Source of the DNA: Octopus sinensis
Taxonomy: Eukaryota
Length of the DNA stretch: 64,000 nucleotides
Assembly (NCBI RefSeq): GCF_006345805.1
Contig: NC_043004.1
Coordinates: 101,990,001-102,054,000 of the forward strand
Reading direction: 5' to 3'
Shown here: piece by piece, positions 1 through 12,409 of the stretch
How positions within the stretch are numbered: the first letter of the stretch is position 1
Layout of the letters: every line of letters starts with the position of its first letter
The notes under the pieces: model-generated
The model's input: the letters and a program-made list of their open reading frames with translations, nothing else
Told to the model about the DNA's origin: nothing
The model's database searches: none
Position numbers and translations under genes: made by a program

Positions 1-240
1 TGATAGCATTTAAAACCAAGTATTGAAATAAATATTTATGTATAGATTTCGTTTGTCCATAAATAATTTGAAATAAATTTCTCTCATAAAAATATATTTT
101 GTACTAAATTTCTATGTACGCATTCTGATTTGATTTATAACTATAACTCATGCTTTCCCCCACCCCCATTATACGTTTAAATGAGTAAGTGTGTTTTGAA
201 ACCCAAAAAAGAAGTAAAAATAAGAAATAATGTATTTATA

Positions 241-1186
241 TACGAGAGGGTATCCAAAAGTAACTGAAAACGTTCTCTGTGGGAAAATCCGGTTGCAGTT
301 CATGCTTCCACCGCTAGAAGCCACTTGATGCGACCCTTAGGCATCAGTCTCTCAACTGGTGTCATCGAGTGAAATCCTACTGCTATGTGGTATGTTTTTG
401 TTTTGCAGTGCTTCTCCCCTGTTCATCGATTTTTGCTACGGCTGAAACGAAGGGACAGCGCGCTTCCGTGAAATTCTGTTTCCTTCTGGGCAAAACGGGC
501 GGCCGAAACAGTTGTCATGCTTTAAACAGCTTACAGAGACGCTGCCATGAGCAAAACACAAGTTTACGAGTGGTTTTCACGCTTTAGGAATGGTCACTTA
601 TCGCTTGAAGACCAACCTCGTTCAGGGCGACCGTCGAACTCCCGAACAAATGAAAACATCACCTTCATGAACTGATCTTGGAGGATTGTCACTGAACAAT
701 TGACGAACTTATTGATATGACTAATGTGTCCTGCAGCGCCTGCCAACGAATTTTGAGCGAGGAATTGCGAATGAAAAGAGTTGCAGCAAAATTGTGTGCC
801 TCACTTGTTCACGGAAGATCAAATGCAGCCATGACTGAATGCGTGTAAAGAACTGAAAGAACAGTTGATAGTTGATCTGAACTTTTTTTTTTTTGAAGCT
901 CATTACTGGTGATTGAAGCTGCTGCTACAGCTAAGACCCGGAAACGAAGCAGCAATCAGGTCAATGGAAATATTCAATGTCAACACGTACCCAAAAAGTA
1001 CATCAAGTGAAGTCCATTAAGACGATGCTGATTTGTTTCATCGATGCGAAAGGAATTGTCAAACAGTTAACCAGGCATTTTACTTGGCAGTTCTGAAGCG
1101 TTTGCAAGACACGGCGAGGAGTAAATTCCCCGACCAGTGGCAAAGTGGAGAGTAGTGGTTTCATTACGACAATGCACCTTCGCACA
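241..1186 (+). mobile_element. Mariner (DD34D) transposase fossil, copy 1, ending at a SINE
   Basis: TACGAGAGGG..CAAAAG-type left end; broken frames MSKTQVYEWFSRFRNGHLSLEDQPRSGRP, RVAAK..P, ITGD*..DPETKQQS, WFHYDNAPSH; several stops and frameshifts. Confidence 0.9.
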
Positions 1187-1573
1187 GGAGGCGCAATGGC
1201 CCAGTGGTTAGGGCAGCGGACTCGCGGTCATAGGATCGCGGTTTCGATTCCCAGACCGGGCGTTCTGAGTGTTTATTGAGCGAAAACACCTAAAAGCTCC
1301 ACGAGGCTCCGGCAGGGATGGTGGTGATCCCTGCTGTACTCTTTCACCACAACTTTCTCTCACTCTTACTTGCTGTTTCTGTTGTACCAGTATTTCAAAA
1401 GGCCGGCCTTGTCACTCTCTGTGTCACGCTGAATATCCCCGAGAACTACGTTAAGGGTACACGTGTCTGTGGAGTGCTCAGCCACTTACACGTTAATTTC
1501 CCGAGCAGGCTGTTCCGTTGATTCGGATCAACCGGAACCCTCGTCGTCGTAACCGACGGAGTGCTTCCATCCA
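1187..1573 (+). mobile_element. tRNA-derived SINE, family B (head B + tail 1)
   Basis: A box TGGCCCAGTGG, B box GGTTTCGATTCC, (TCCA)n tail; left flank matches the TSD of the 3169 copy but the right flank does not. Confidence 0.92.
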
Positions 1574-2223
1574 ATACACAGGCGCAGACATAGCAGTGTA
1601 GTTAAGAAGTTCGCTTTGTAACCACATAGTTTTGGGTTCAATCCCATTAAATGACACCTTAGACAAATTTCATCTAGAATACCCCAGCTGTGTTTGCGTT
1701 TGTCCTTCACCCTTACTTCTTGACAACAAAATTTGGGTTTGATTATGTCCCCGCAATTTAGCGGCTCGGCAAAGAAGAACGATAGGAAAAGTAGCAGACT
1801 TTAAAAGTACTGGGGTTAGTTTGTCCGACTATACCCGCTAAAGTGGTGTCCCAGAATGGCTGCAATTCACTCAGTGAAACACGTGAAAATTATAAAGTAA
1901 ATATCCTCGACTTATCTAAAATGGCAGACAAAATTATTTATTGTATTTGGCTCAGCATTTTTGAGGAAAAACTTCACCTGCTCTGATAGCATTTAAAACC
2001 AAGTATTGAAATAAATATTTATGTATAGATTTCGTTTGTCCATAAATAATTTGAAATAAATTTCTCTCATAAAAATATATTTTGTACTAAATTTCTATGT
2101 ACGCATTCTGATTTGATTTATAACTATAACTCATGCTTTCCCCCACCCCCATTATACGTTTAAATGAGTAAGTGTGTTTTGAAACCCAAAAAAGAAGTAA
2201 AAATAAGAAATAATGTATTTATA

Positions 2224-3637
2224 TACGAGAGGGTATCCAAAAGTAACTGAAAACGTTCTCTGTGGGAAAATCCGGTTGCAGTTCATGCTTCCACCGCTAG
2301 AAGCCACTTGATGCGACCCTTAGGCATCAGTCTCTCAACTGGTGTCATCGAGTGAAATCCTACTGCTATGTGGTATGTTTTTGTTTTGCAGTGCTTCTCC
2401 CCTGTTCATCGATTTTTGCTACGGCTGAAACGAAGGGACAGCGCGCTTCCGTGAAATTCTGTTTCCTTCTGGGCAAAACGGGCGGCCGAAACAGTTGTCA
2501 TGCTTTAAACAGCTTACAGAGACGCTGCCATGAGCAAAACACAAGTTTACGAGTGGTTTTCACGCTTTAGGAATGGTCACTTATCGCTTGAAGACCAACC
2601 TCGTTCAGGGCGACCGTCGAACTCCCGAACAAATGAAAACATCACCTTCATGAACTGATCTTGGAGGATTGTCACTGAACAATTGACGAACTTATTGATA
2701 TGACTAATGTGTCCTGCAGCGCCTGCCAACGAATTTTGAGCGAGGAATTGCGAATGAAAAGAGTTGCAGCAAAATTTGTGCCTCACTTGTTCACGGAAGA
2801 TCAAATGCAGCCATGACTGAATGCGTGTAAAGAACTGAAAGAACAGTTGATAGTTGATCTGAACTTTTTTTTTTTTGAAGCTCATTACTGGTGATTGAAG
2901 CTGCTGCTACAGCTAAGACCCGGAAACGAAGCAGCAATCAGGTCAATGGAAATATTCAATGTCAACACGTACCCAAAAAGTACATCAAGTGAAGTCCATT
3001 AAGACGATGCTGATTTGTTTCATCGATGCGAAAGGAATTGTCAAACAGTTAACCAGGCATTTTACTTGGCAGTTCTGAAGCGTTTGCAAGACACGGCGAG
3101 GAGTAAATTCCCCGACCAGTGGCAAAGTGGAGAGTAGTGGTTTCATTACGACAATGCACCTTCGCACAGGAGGCGCAATGGCCCAGTGGTTAGGGCAGCG
3201 GACTCGCGGTCATAGGATCGCGGTTTCGATTCCCAGACCGGGCGTTCTGAGTGTTTATTGAGCGAAAACACCTAAAAGCTCCACGAGGCTCCGGCAGGGA
3301 TGGTGGTGATCCCTGCTGTACTCTTTCACCACAACTTTCTCTCACTCTTACTTGCTGTTTCTGTTGTACCTGTATTTCAAAAGGCCGGCCTTGTCACTCT
3401 CTGTGTCACGCTGAATATCCCCGAGAACTACGTTAAGGGTACACGTGTCTGTGGAGTGCTCAGCCACTTACACGTTAATTTCACGAGCAGGCTGTTCCGT
3501 TGATTCGGATCAACAGGAACCCTCGTCGTCGTAACCGACGGAGTGCTTCCAGCACCTTCGCACACCGCCTTAAGTGTGAGGCAGTATTATTTTTTTAACC
3601 AAAAATTGCATGACTCCGTTTACCCACTCCCTCTATT
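2224..3637 (+). mobile_element. Mariner transposase fossil, copy 2, split by a SINE inside the HDNAPSH-TAL motif
   Basis: Same motifs as copy 1, including RVAAKFVPHL; after the SINE the frame resumes APSHTALSVRQ and then approximately FLTKNCMTPFTH. Confidence 0.9.
3169..3551 (+). mobile_element. tRNA-derived SINE, family B
   Basis: 13-bp TSD gcaccttcgcaca at 3156-3168 and 3552-3564. Confidence 0.95.
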
Positions 3638-3837
3638 CTATTTTAACATTTTTCTAGTAATTAAATATAGCAACATTTTAGTTCTCAGACATTTTCAATT
3701 TTTACGATTTTTTTATTATTTTCACTCCACCCTATTGTACACCGCATAAGTGACTGGACACTTTGCTCAGTTTTACAATTACGTGTATTTAAACTTAAAA
3801 CTAAGTTATGGTGGTTTCACTTTCTTTCTTTTCTTTC

Positions 3838-4228
3838 CTTTACTTGTTTCAGTCATTTGACTGCGGCCATGCTGGAGCACCGCCTTTAGTCGAGCAAATC
3901 GACCCCGGGACCTATTCTTTGTAAGCCCTGTACTTATTCTATCGGTCTCTTTTGCCGAACCGCTAAGTGACGGGGACGTAAACACACCAGCATCGGTTGT
4001 CAAGCAATGCTAGGGGGACAAACACACAAACACACACACATACACACACACATATATATATATACATATATACGACAGGCTTCTTTCAGTTTCCGTCTAC
4101 CAAATCCACTCACAAGGCATTGGTCGGCCCGGGGCTATAGCAGAAGGCACTTGCCCAAGATGCCACGCAGTGGGACTGAACCCGGAGCCATGTGGTTGGT
4201 TAGCAAGCTACTTACCACACAGCCACTC
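3838..4228 (-). mobile_element. tRNA-derived SINE, family A (bipartite, internal TA/TG microsatellite)
   Basis: Aligns with copies at 11449, 13332, 34172, 36356 and 59657; head ggagtggctgtgtggtaag..ggttcagtccc; tail (gtaaaaga)n. Confidence 0.92.
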
Positions 4229-4351
4229 ACTGACACTTTTTAAAAAAAATTTGTATTGAGTGGTTACATAAAGATGTTATACTACATTTACCAATTTACA
4301 GCTTTTTATTTGAAAGCTTTCTTAATTTTCGTTGACATAGGAACAAAACTT

Positions 4352-4428
4352 TCTCCCTGCAACTTTTTGTTCTCAGAATGAAAACAGTCCTTAAAGAAAA
4401 ACGTTTTGCAAACATGGATGCTGTCGAA
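4352..4428 (+). mobile_element. Mariner transposase C-terminal fragment, probably the continuation of 2224-3637
   Basis: SPCNFLF then (frameshift) MKTVLKEKRFANMDAV, matching the mariner PCDF.LF..LK..L.G.RF motif. Confidence 0.65.
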
Positions 4429-4464
4429 GGATATACTCCAAAGATGCAGCTGTTTTGTCATGCA

Positions 4465-5320
4465 TGTAAGGATGGAGAAGCTGAATATTTCGGCCTCCTA
4501 TTTTACACAGAAGTGAAATGGCCTTCACGGGGAGACGATCTCGATAGAGCTTAGACTCTAACAACTGAGAACCCAAACGTTTCTGGGGGCTCAAAATACC
4601 AGAAAGGTTTGCAGATAAGTTCAGTAATTCATTTTCACTGGCCCCTCGCATTTAGTTGTTGTCATAAGCCATGTTACAAAGGAAACTTATCGAAATCAAT
4701 TTTAGCAAAATAAAAGATTTTAGCATTTGAATCAGTTTCTGTACTGGAACCAAAGAGTGAATCAAAACTAGATTGCCAGCTTTCAAAAGCTAATAGAATT
4801 TTTTACGAGTTTCTGTACTGGTACAAGAGAGTTGATTAACACTATAGGAGCCACCTTTCCAAACTAGTAGCTTTTAGAAAATTGTGAAAATATTAGTGTT
4901 GATGACAATATTTTACAACTGATGATGATATAAAAGAAACAGTCATAAGTTATTTTGTCAAATTTTGAATGATTGCTTTTCAGATCTACAATAAAGACTA
5001 TCCGCTTTATTGTAGATCTTTAACTGTAAAATTGCTCGTCATCTTATAATGACTAAAGTATTACAAATCTTTAGAATTTACTTCAACAGTGAAGCACTCA
5101 TAGAATTACGGAATACGGCAGGTTTTTTTTTCATCTTTTGAATGCCAAAAGCAGCAATTGATTTCAAACCAGTTCATGTAGAAGAAACAAAAATACTGCC
5201 CTTTGCAACAACCTACCTGTCTGATAATAGTTTTCTACATTGACTAATTAGAAAATAAAATACAAGTGTCAATTGAACCTTGAAGGTAGCATTCAAGTAA
5301 CTGATGTTATATTAAAACTG
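4465..5320 (+). mobile_element. hAT (Buster/Charlie-like) transposase fossil
   Basis: CKDGEAEYFGLLFYTEVKWPSRG (LL.HTEVRWLSRG motif) at 4465 and KILPFATTYLS (LLPF.TTYLCE dimerisation motif) near 5190; many stops. Confidence 0.8.
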
Positions 5321-5355
5321 AAACAGCTGGACTTTTCAAAACCTGAAGTGAAGAT

Positions 5356-5799
5356 ACATTATTTATATTATTTATATTATTTACATTCGACGGATATTTG
5401 TCCTCATCTTGTTTGTTGTGAACACAGCGTTTCGGCTGATATACCCTCCAGCCTTCTTCAGGTGTCTTGGGGAAATTTCGAACCTGGGTTCTCTTTCCTA
5501 AGGTATTTTTCGACGCTATTATTATTATTATGATTGTTGTTGTTGTTGTTAGTGTTCAGGTCACTGCTTGGAATCGAACTCGGAATTTTGGGGTTAGTAG
5601 CCCACGCTCTTAACCACTACACCATATTCCCGTGGGCATATGGCGTAGTAGTTCGAAATTTCCTCAAGACACCTGAAGAAGGCTGGAAGGTATATCAACC
5701 GAGACGTTGTGTTAACAACAAACAAGATGAGAACAAATATCCATCAAATGTAAATAGTGTAAATAATGTACATAATTCCTCATCTCTTAAATATAGAAC
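5356..5799 (-). mobile_element. Composite tRNA-head / microsatellite / Penelope-type tail element in inverted-dimer form, with two mutated hammerhead motifs
   Basis: Minus strand: A box TGGTGTAGTGG, B box GAGTTCGATTCC, (AAC)n(AAT)n, tail with gacacCTGAAGAAggct..agccGAAAcgct (5421-5466); an inverted tail copy on plus (about 5650-5799) has GAGA in place of GAAA. Confidence 0.85.
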
Positions 5800-6091
5800 T
5801 AAAGTAAAGATGTTTTGAATGAAATACTTGTTTTCTCTCCTTATCATTAATTGACCTAATTAATATCTTTAATATTTTCATCTGGCTCATAAAACAATTT
5901 TAAGAATAGTGATATTTCAGGGGCTAATTTCATTTTACTAGAATAGGTTATTTTTGGTAATAGCTGAAAGGTTCCCGGTTTGTGACGTAAGGGCTCCCGC
6001 AATGCTGTCATTTAGAGCTGTAACCTCTATAATACCTAAGAAAATTACTATTTTTAAACCTCACAACTAGAGATATTCAGCAACAGTACTT

Positions 6092-6518
6092 TAGAGTAAA
6101 GATTGTTTGCCAGCATAACATGGCAGTCCTGGTTTAGGACAAATGCTGCTATAAATTGGCCCCAAGAGACATCGACTCCAGTTGGCTATACGACATGATC
6201 TGTGTCCTTATATTCTAATTTATAGATCAGTGACTTTGAAAACTATACCTGTCACTTTGAAAACTATATACTTCGAACGGGAATTTGGCAGCGCCACCTC
6301 TAGCCAAACAATTATTCTGTGCTGATGAAGGGAAATAACCCTGAAATTGCGATATTGTTTTGAGCTGAGCTGGAGTGCTAGATTCCCTTGTTCGAAAATA
6401 TAAGGACACAGATCGTGTCGTATAGCCTGCTGGAGACGATGTCTCCTTGGGCTAAATTACAGCAACATTCGTCCTAAACCAAGACTGCATATTATGTTGG
6501 TAAGCAATCTTTACTCTA
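6092..6518. mobile_element. MITE-like element with about 122-bp terminal inverted repeats
   Basis: Arms 6092-6214 and 6397-6518 pair with scattered mismatches; TA at both outer ends. Confidence 0.75.
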
Positions 6519-6671
6519 TAATATCTTTTTTTATAATTTGATGGTTTATGCACAAAGAAGTCTCTGTCTTGTATCTCGGATTTGTAATGTGACACACCCA
6601 CAACGATTTTCCCAAACGGGAATGAAAAGTTATAAAAAGGGTCCATTTTTTTCTCTTATGTAAATATTTAC

Positions 6672-6755
6672 CTGTATGATATGTTTTCGTTCAGAAAACC
6701 TCGGAACAATGAACGATTTGCACCAATAAGTCGTGTGTTTTTCTGGGACTGGCAG
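6672..6755 (-). CDS. MOXD1-like: Internal exon (84 nt, phase 0-0), start of copper type II ascorbate-dependent monooxygenase N-terminal domain
   Basis: ttttctttgtgtgttttatAG|...|GTaaat; LPVPEKHTTYWCKSFIVPRFSERKHIIQ contains the P...TTYWC...P....KH.I motif of DBH/MOXD1/TBH. Confidence 0.92.
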
Positions 6756-9341
6756 CTATAAAACACACAAAGAAAACTGGTTTAATGTGTAAAAAAAAAG
6801 GCAGGGAACGAAGTTGTTTTTTATTGCTTTTAGACAAAGAATATGTTTATGCTGGGGTATCACCATACAACTTTCTTTCGGTCCTTCGTATTACTTTTTT
6901 CGCGTTTTTCTTTTGTTATTTAGTTTAGTTTCGTGTTTACTTACATGTACATAAGACACACACACACACACACACACACATACACACAAAAGGTATATAT
7001 GTTTTCAACGAGCAAGAGAAAATAAAGAAATAGGAGCAGAAAGAATTAAAATTATGAGGTTATTTACAGTATGACTTTGAAAGAGAATTAATTGCTCGTG
7101 AATTCAAAACAGCTATTGGTGTTTCTTAGTACGTTACCTTAGTTCATATGACTGTCAAGAATAGCACTGAGATAAGTAGGAGAGCAAAATAGAAGAGTTT
7201 GATAAGGCCATTTGTCGTGAGAACATGATCTAACATTTCGGATTTTGCCCTTCATCTGAGAGTGAAGAAGAGGAACAAAATATGCTGTACCTGCTGGGCT
7301 GGAAGCAAATATTTATCAACATCGTCATCACCACCACCACCACCACCACCACCACCACCATCATCATCATCGTCATCACTACCACTACTATCGTCACACC
7401 CACCACCGTCGTCCACGATGTCGTCGTCATCGTTATCGTGGATTGACAGAATCTTTAGAACATCGAACGAAATGCTTTGCAATATTTTTCGGCCATTTCC
7501 GATCTGAATCGGAATCCTACCGATGCAAACATTGCTTTACTTCCTTCGGGCGTCATTTTACTGCAATCAGTTGAACTGACTAAACCCCTCCCCTCAAAAT
7601 TGTTGGCCGTGTGCCTAACTTTGAAACTATTATCAAAGGCAAGAAGCTAGTAGAATCTTTAGAGTTTCGGAGAAAATATTTTGCAACCTTTCTTCTGGTT
7701 CTCTACCGTCTGATTTCAAATTCCAATGCGGTCAATTTTGCTTTTTATCCTTTCACAATTGATAAAATAACGAACCAGACAAATGCTGTGGTCGATGGTA
7801 CAGTCTAACACCACCTTAGCCTAAATTAGAAACTGATATTACCGTGTTTTTTTTTTTGGTACTTGTCTGCAACTGATGAGACATTTATTGAAACCCCACT
7901 CTCTCCTTCTTTCTCTCTCTCTCTCTCTTCTCTCCCCTTTCTCTCTCAATCTCTCTTACACACTCTCTCTTTCTCTTTCAAATGAAGAAAAATACCTGAA
8001 CTGAACAGTTAAAATCTGTACTCACTGCAGAATGGACTTCCTTACTAATTACCTTATTTGCCGACATATTTGACGCACTCTCGCATATAGCACACCATAA
8101 TTTTACAAGTATATTTTATAAGAAAAAAATAAATTTAGTATGTTTCATGAGACATTTATTGAAAGGTAATTTAAAGTGGTTTTGTTGGGAAAATGTATTA
8201 TTCTTTGCTTGTGGATACAATGTTATGAGAGTATATTTGAATAAAGCATAAAGCCATAAATAAACTACGTTATGGGAGTGCCATATTAAAATATATCTTC
8301 TTTTAGATCAGATATTAATTGTTTACAGTTTGACAAAGAGAATTGCCAAAAAGGATGTAAAACTTGTATTTTAGGTATAGATGTATTTATAAACCATAAA
8401 TCACTATGGTTTATGGTTTTATTACCATCCACCCATTGCAAATCGCTGATAGACTGATGAAAGCTTAACGCTTCTGGCGTCTTGCTAGGAGAATTTTCAT
8501 TTAGATAATTTAATAAATATTTGTTAAAGGTAACAGTAATTACGTAATGTAAGACTAATCAGATGTGGTTTTTTGATTTGTTTTCAATATTTTATTCTTT
8601 ATAACAATTGTTGTGACCAGTAGACTTATGCTTATCTGACTCCCTATCTGATAACACTCAGTCTCCCATCCGTAATACATCTGCATTAGACACAGGGAAA
8701 TTCTTCGATTCACTTAGAAATATAAAAAGCACGTTTTACATGCCGGTAAAAACGGTGTTTGTTACTGGCACAGACCATCATCAGTCTACTTGTTTACATT
8801 CTCAGATCAATCTGGTTCAGTCACAAAACCACAGTTCGACATTTCTCTGAACGATTCTTTGTCATCATTGTTATTTTTTTTTATAAGATAGTTAAGAGAA
8901 GATACACACAGAGCTTGTAACCATTGTACCATTGTAGACTCTGCCAACTGGAGATATTGATATTGGAACGGGTGATACCTTACTTAAATATCTGCATGTT
9001 TAATGTCTGTTGGACAAAGGTGTGCAGTGAGAAAACAAACGGTCATTTTCGAGTGCTTGTCGCAGAATGAAATTTACTAATTGCATCAAAGAACACATCG
9101 GATCATATCCAAAATGACGAGATGGTCAGGGCTGTTACGTCTTTGATCATTGGTTGGCTCGAACGAGGCGGATCTGAAGTTAAGCAACAACCACAATGAT
9201 GACATTGTTTATCTCCTCAGTTATATTTCCTAATAATCTCTACATGTAAGAGATGGTACCACAGAATCGTGATAATAGTGGACTAAATATAATGAACTAT
9301 TTAACTTGAGTTTGAATTCCAATAAATAAATGAAATAAATA

Positions 9342-10540
9342 TTAGGTTGTTCCGAAAATAATGGCCGCAATTTTATCATAGTATTTTAATTATATTTTAG
9401 GTGAATTTTGTCATGCTTAATAATTGATGTATTCTTTTCAATAATTTTCTACTTATTTCAGACAGAAAACATTCTTGAAGCATAGGCGCCCTTAATTATG
9501 AACATGACAAAAAAAGAACCTTCGCTTACTTTTCTTGCATGAGTTCAATCTTGGGCACACTGCCTCCCGAACTGCTGCCAATATCAACATGGGGAGAGGG
9601 GGTCCACAAGTGATCGCACAGTACGAAGGTAGTTTCAGAAATTCCGTAATGATGATAAGAGCCTTGAAGATGGAGAAGGCAGAGGACGGTTATGCAGTCT
9701 TGACAATGAACAATTGAAATCAGTTGTTGAAAAACCCACGTCAAATTGTCAGAGAAATATCTCAGGCACTTGGTGTTGGTATTGCAACGGTCTCACGCAA
9801 TCTTCAGAAGGTTGGTAAGTTGAAAAAGCTCGATAGATGAGCTCAATGAAAATCAAAAAGTTCGGTATTTTGAAGTATGCCTGATAATCTTTCTGCGAAA
9901 CACCAGTGATCCATTGACTGAATATTCATTTGTGACGAAAAGTGGATTCTTTATGATAACCGTAAGCGATCAGGTCAATGACTTACTCGTGATGAGTCCC
10001 CCAAACATTTCCCAAAGCCAAAATTGCATCAGCAAAAGATTATGGTGGTCTGCAGTTGGTGTTGTCCGTTACAGCTTTCCGGAAGCCAATCAGAGCATTA
10101 CAGCAGAGGTTTACTGCAATCTGCTCGCTGAAATGTATGCTCACTTGTAAAAAATGAGACCTGCATTGATGAATAGGCGTGGCCCAATTCTGCTCCATGA
10201 TAATGCAAAGTCACATGTTGCAAGAATGACGCTGCAGAAACTCACGGACTTGGGATACGAGACTTTACCACAACCTCCTTATTCTCCTGGTCTTTCACCC
10301 ACTGACTACCATTTTTTAAAGCATTTAAACACGTTTTCAAGTGATAAAACTTTTAGGTCCAAATCAGAGGTGGAATCAGCTTTCAAAGATTTCTTAGCAT
10401 CAAAGCCAACAAATTTTTATCAACGGGGCATAAATAATCTCGTTCACGGCCCATGCTTTGATCAATAAAACATTACTATTGTTAATTTTTCCTGAATAAA
10501 ATTGTTTCTGAACTCGGCCATTATTTTCGGAACAACCTAA
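9342..10540 (+). mobile_element. Near full-length mariner (DD34D) with intact ends and a dead transposase
   Basis: Perfect 26-bp TIRs ttaggttgttccgaaaataatggccg (9342-9367, 10515-10540), TA flanks; ICDEKWILYDN, LLHDNAKSH, PPYSPGLSPTDYH motifs; stops and frameshifts. Confidence 0.95.
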
Positions 10541-11448
10541 TAATAGTCCTAAAATGATTCTTGTGGTTCGGTTCTTCATCTGTATTCTTCCCTTATAATG
10601 TTATAGCTTTGCACCACGCAGTAAGTTAATGTCATTAACGTTTACAACAAGCACTATAAAATATAAACTAAACTTCCCTGGTGAGACCAGTTCGCGAGTC
10701 AATTTCAGTTCTCGATTAAAACCTTTCCACTTCACTTACACTATAATATCGGTGAAAAAGGCATGAATACAACAGAAACACATTTCCCAATTTAACTACA
10801 GGGTGATATTTTTATTCAAGTTAGAAATTACTTTCAATTCTCATAGTCTCTAGTTCGATTCCTGGTGAGTGTGACATTTCTTTGCACTATGATAACTTAG
10901 GAAGAATTAAACACGTGAAAGTAATGAAATACTCGTAATTGCACAGACATCTCGCTTCTTGTAGATATAGGAATGAGTTGTACCAGCTTGGATAAATATT
11001 TATAGAATGATGATGCTGCTTTTGCTTTGTTATTGATGTTCTTAAGCTCCAGTTCAGTTCTGATTAAACAGACGTATGATCGAAAGAATTCAAACTGTGA
11101 TCATCCCGTCTTTTTCAGACATAATTCATCTAAAACTACAGCATCCAATACGCTTTTTTCTTTCGCTTGATTTTAAAGATTGTGTGGTGTAATTTGGTTG
11201 CTATTTCTAGTTGGTTTAATTACCATAAAGAAAGCTATTGATAGCTGCAGTATTAGGAGTACCGCATACCTCAAGAGTTCAGTGGTTCGACTGGACACGG
11301 ATAACGTAGCTCTTTATACACCTAAAAAGTCGTATAATTACGGCTGCAATCCTTTCGATGATCTATGATACTTAATCAGGACTTAATTAGTGTGAGAACA
11401 AATAAAGCAAAACGTCAAGCAACGAAAAGAAAGAAAAATAACTAAACG

Positions 11449-11857
11449 TAGGCGCAGGAGTGGCTGTGTAGTAAGAAGCTTGCTTACCAACCACATGGTT
11501 CCGGGTTCAGTCCCACTGCGTGGCACCTTGGGCGAGTGTCTTCTACTATAGCGTCGGGCCGACCAAAGCCTTGTGAGTGGATTTGGTAGACGGAAACTGA
11601 AAGAAGCCCGTCGTATATATATGTATGCGTGTGTGTGTTTCTGTGTCTGTGTTTGTCCCCCTAGCATTGCTTGACAATCGATGCTGGTGTGTTTAAGTCC
11701 CCGTCACTTAGCGGTTCGGCAAAAGAGACCGATAGAATAAGTACTGGGCTTACAAAGAATAAGTCCCGGGGTCGAGTTTCTCGACTAAAGGCGGTGCTCC
11801 AGCATGGCTGCAGTCAAATGACTGAAACAAGTAAAAGAGTAAAAGAGTAAAGAGAGT
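11449..11857 (+). mobile_element. SINE family A, ending about 15 bp from the splice donor at 11874
   Basis: Full head-to-tail match to the other family A copies. Confidence 0.92.
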
Positions 11858-11874
11858 AACAAAGATATATTTAC

Positions 11875-12036
11875 CATATTCATTAAGAAATTAATTTTCG
11901 TGCCATCTTTCGGCATAGTGATGTCAGGCTGTGGTTTTTGAAGAAGATACAAACTTTTCGTTCCTCTGTTCTTCACATTATGGTAAGTAATATCATCACT
12001 TTCTCCAAATGACCAAATAACCCGCATCGTACTTGT
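11875..12036 (-). CDS. MOXD1-like: Internal exon (162 nt, phase 0-0), end of DOMON domain and linker
   Basis: ttttttcttcaatcttttgtAG|...|GTaaat; [58 protein letters not shown]...YH...RGTKSL.LL matches recalled MOXD1 (RVIWAY...KYHDSNRGTKSLRLL). In frame with both neighbouring exons. Confidence 0.93.
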
Positions 12037-12189
12037 CTACAAAAGATTGAAGAAAAAATATTGACATTTCCTCTGCTGCACTGCTTCACACTGATCCATC
12101 CATCCATCCATCCATCCATCCATCCATCCATCCATCTGTCCATCCAAACATACGTACATACATACATACATACATACATACATACATAC

Positions 12190-12409
12190 ATGATCGCCAT
12201 GTTGATTCGCTAGCTTCTGCACGCATTATTTCTCTCTCCTTGTTTCTCTCCGTGTTTCTTTTCTGTGTATCTTTCTGTTGAAGAGCGTAGGCTCGAAACG
12301 TAAAAGACTTGTTTTATTTTTATTTATATTCCTGAGCGCCATACTAATACAATTGTTTGTTTGTATTCCACCTGCCTTCGTCTTTTGTTTATTTTCATAA
12401 AGCTTCCCG

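Larger units (their letters stand above)
1..3551. repeat. Near-identical tandem segmental duplication, period 1983/1982 bp (1-~1569 repeated at 1984-~3551)
   Basis: Window start tgatagcatttaaaacc recurs at 1984; ORFs repeat at offsets 1983 then 1982 (one 1-nt indel); only a few substitutions seen. Confidence 0.95.

Noticed and set aside
1187-1265. SINE heads as genuine tRNA genes (also families A, C, D)
   Set aside because: A/B boxes are present but I could not close a cloverleaf, and each runs into a conserved SINE body, often with a TSD.
1318-1521. Recurrent MVVIPAVLFHHNFL, MLGGQT and MFIERKHLK ORFs as a multigene family
   Set aside because: Incidental frames within SINE B and SINE A copies.
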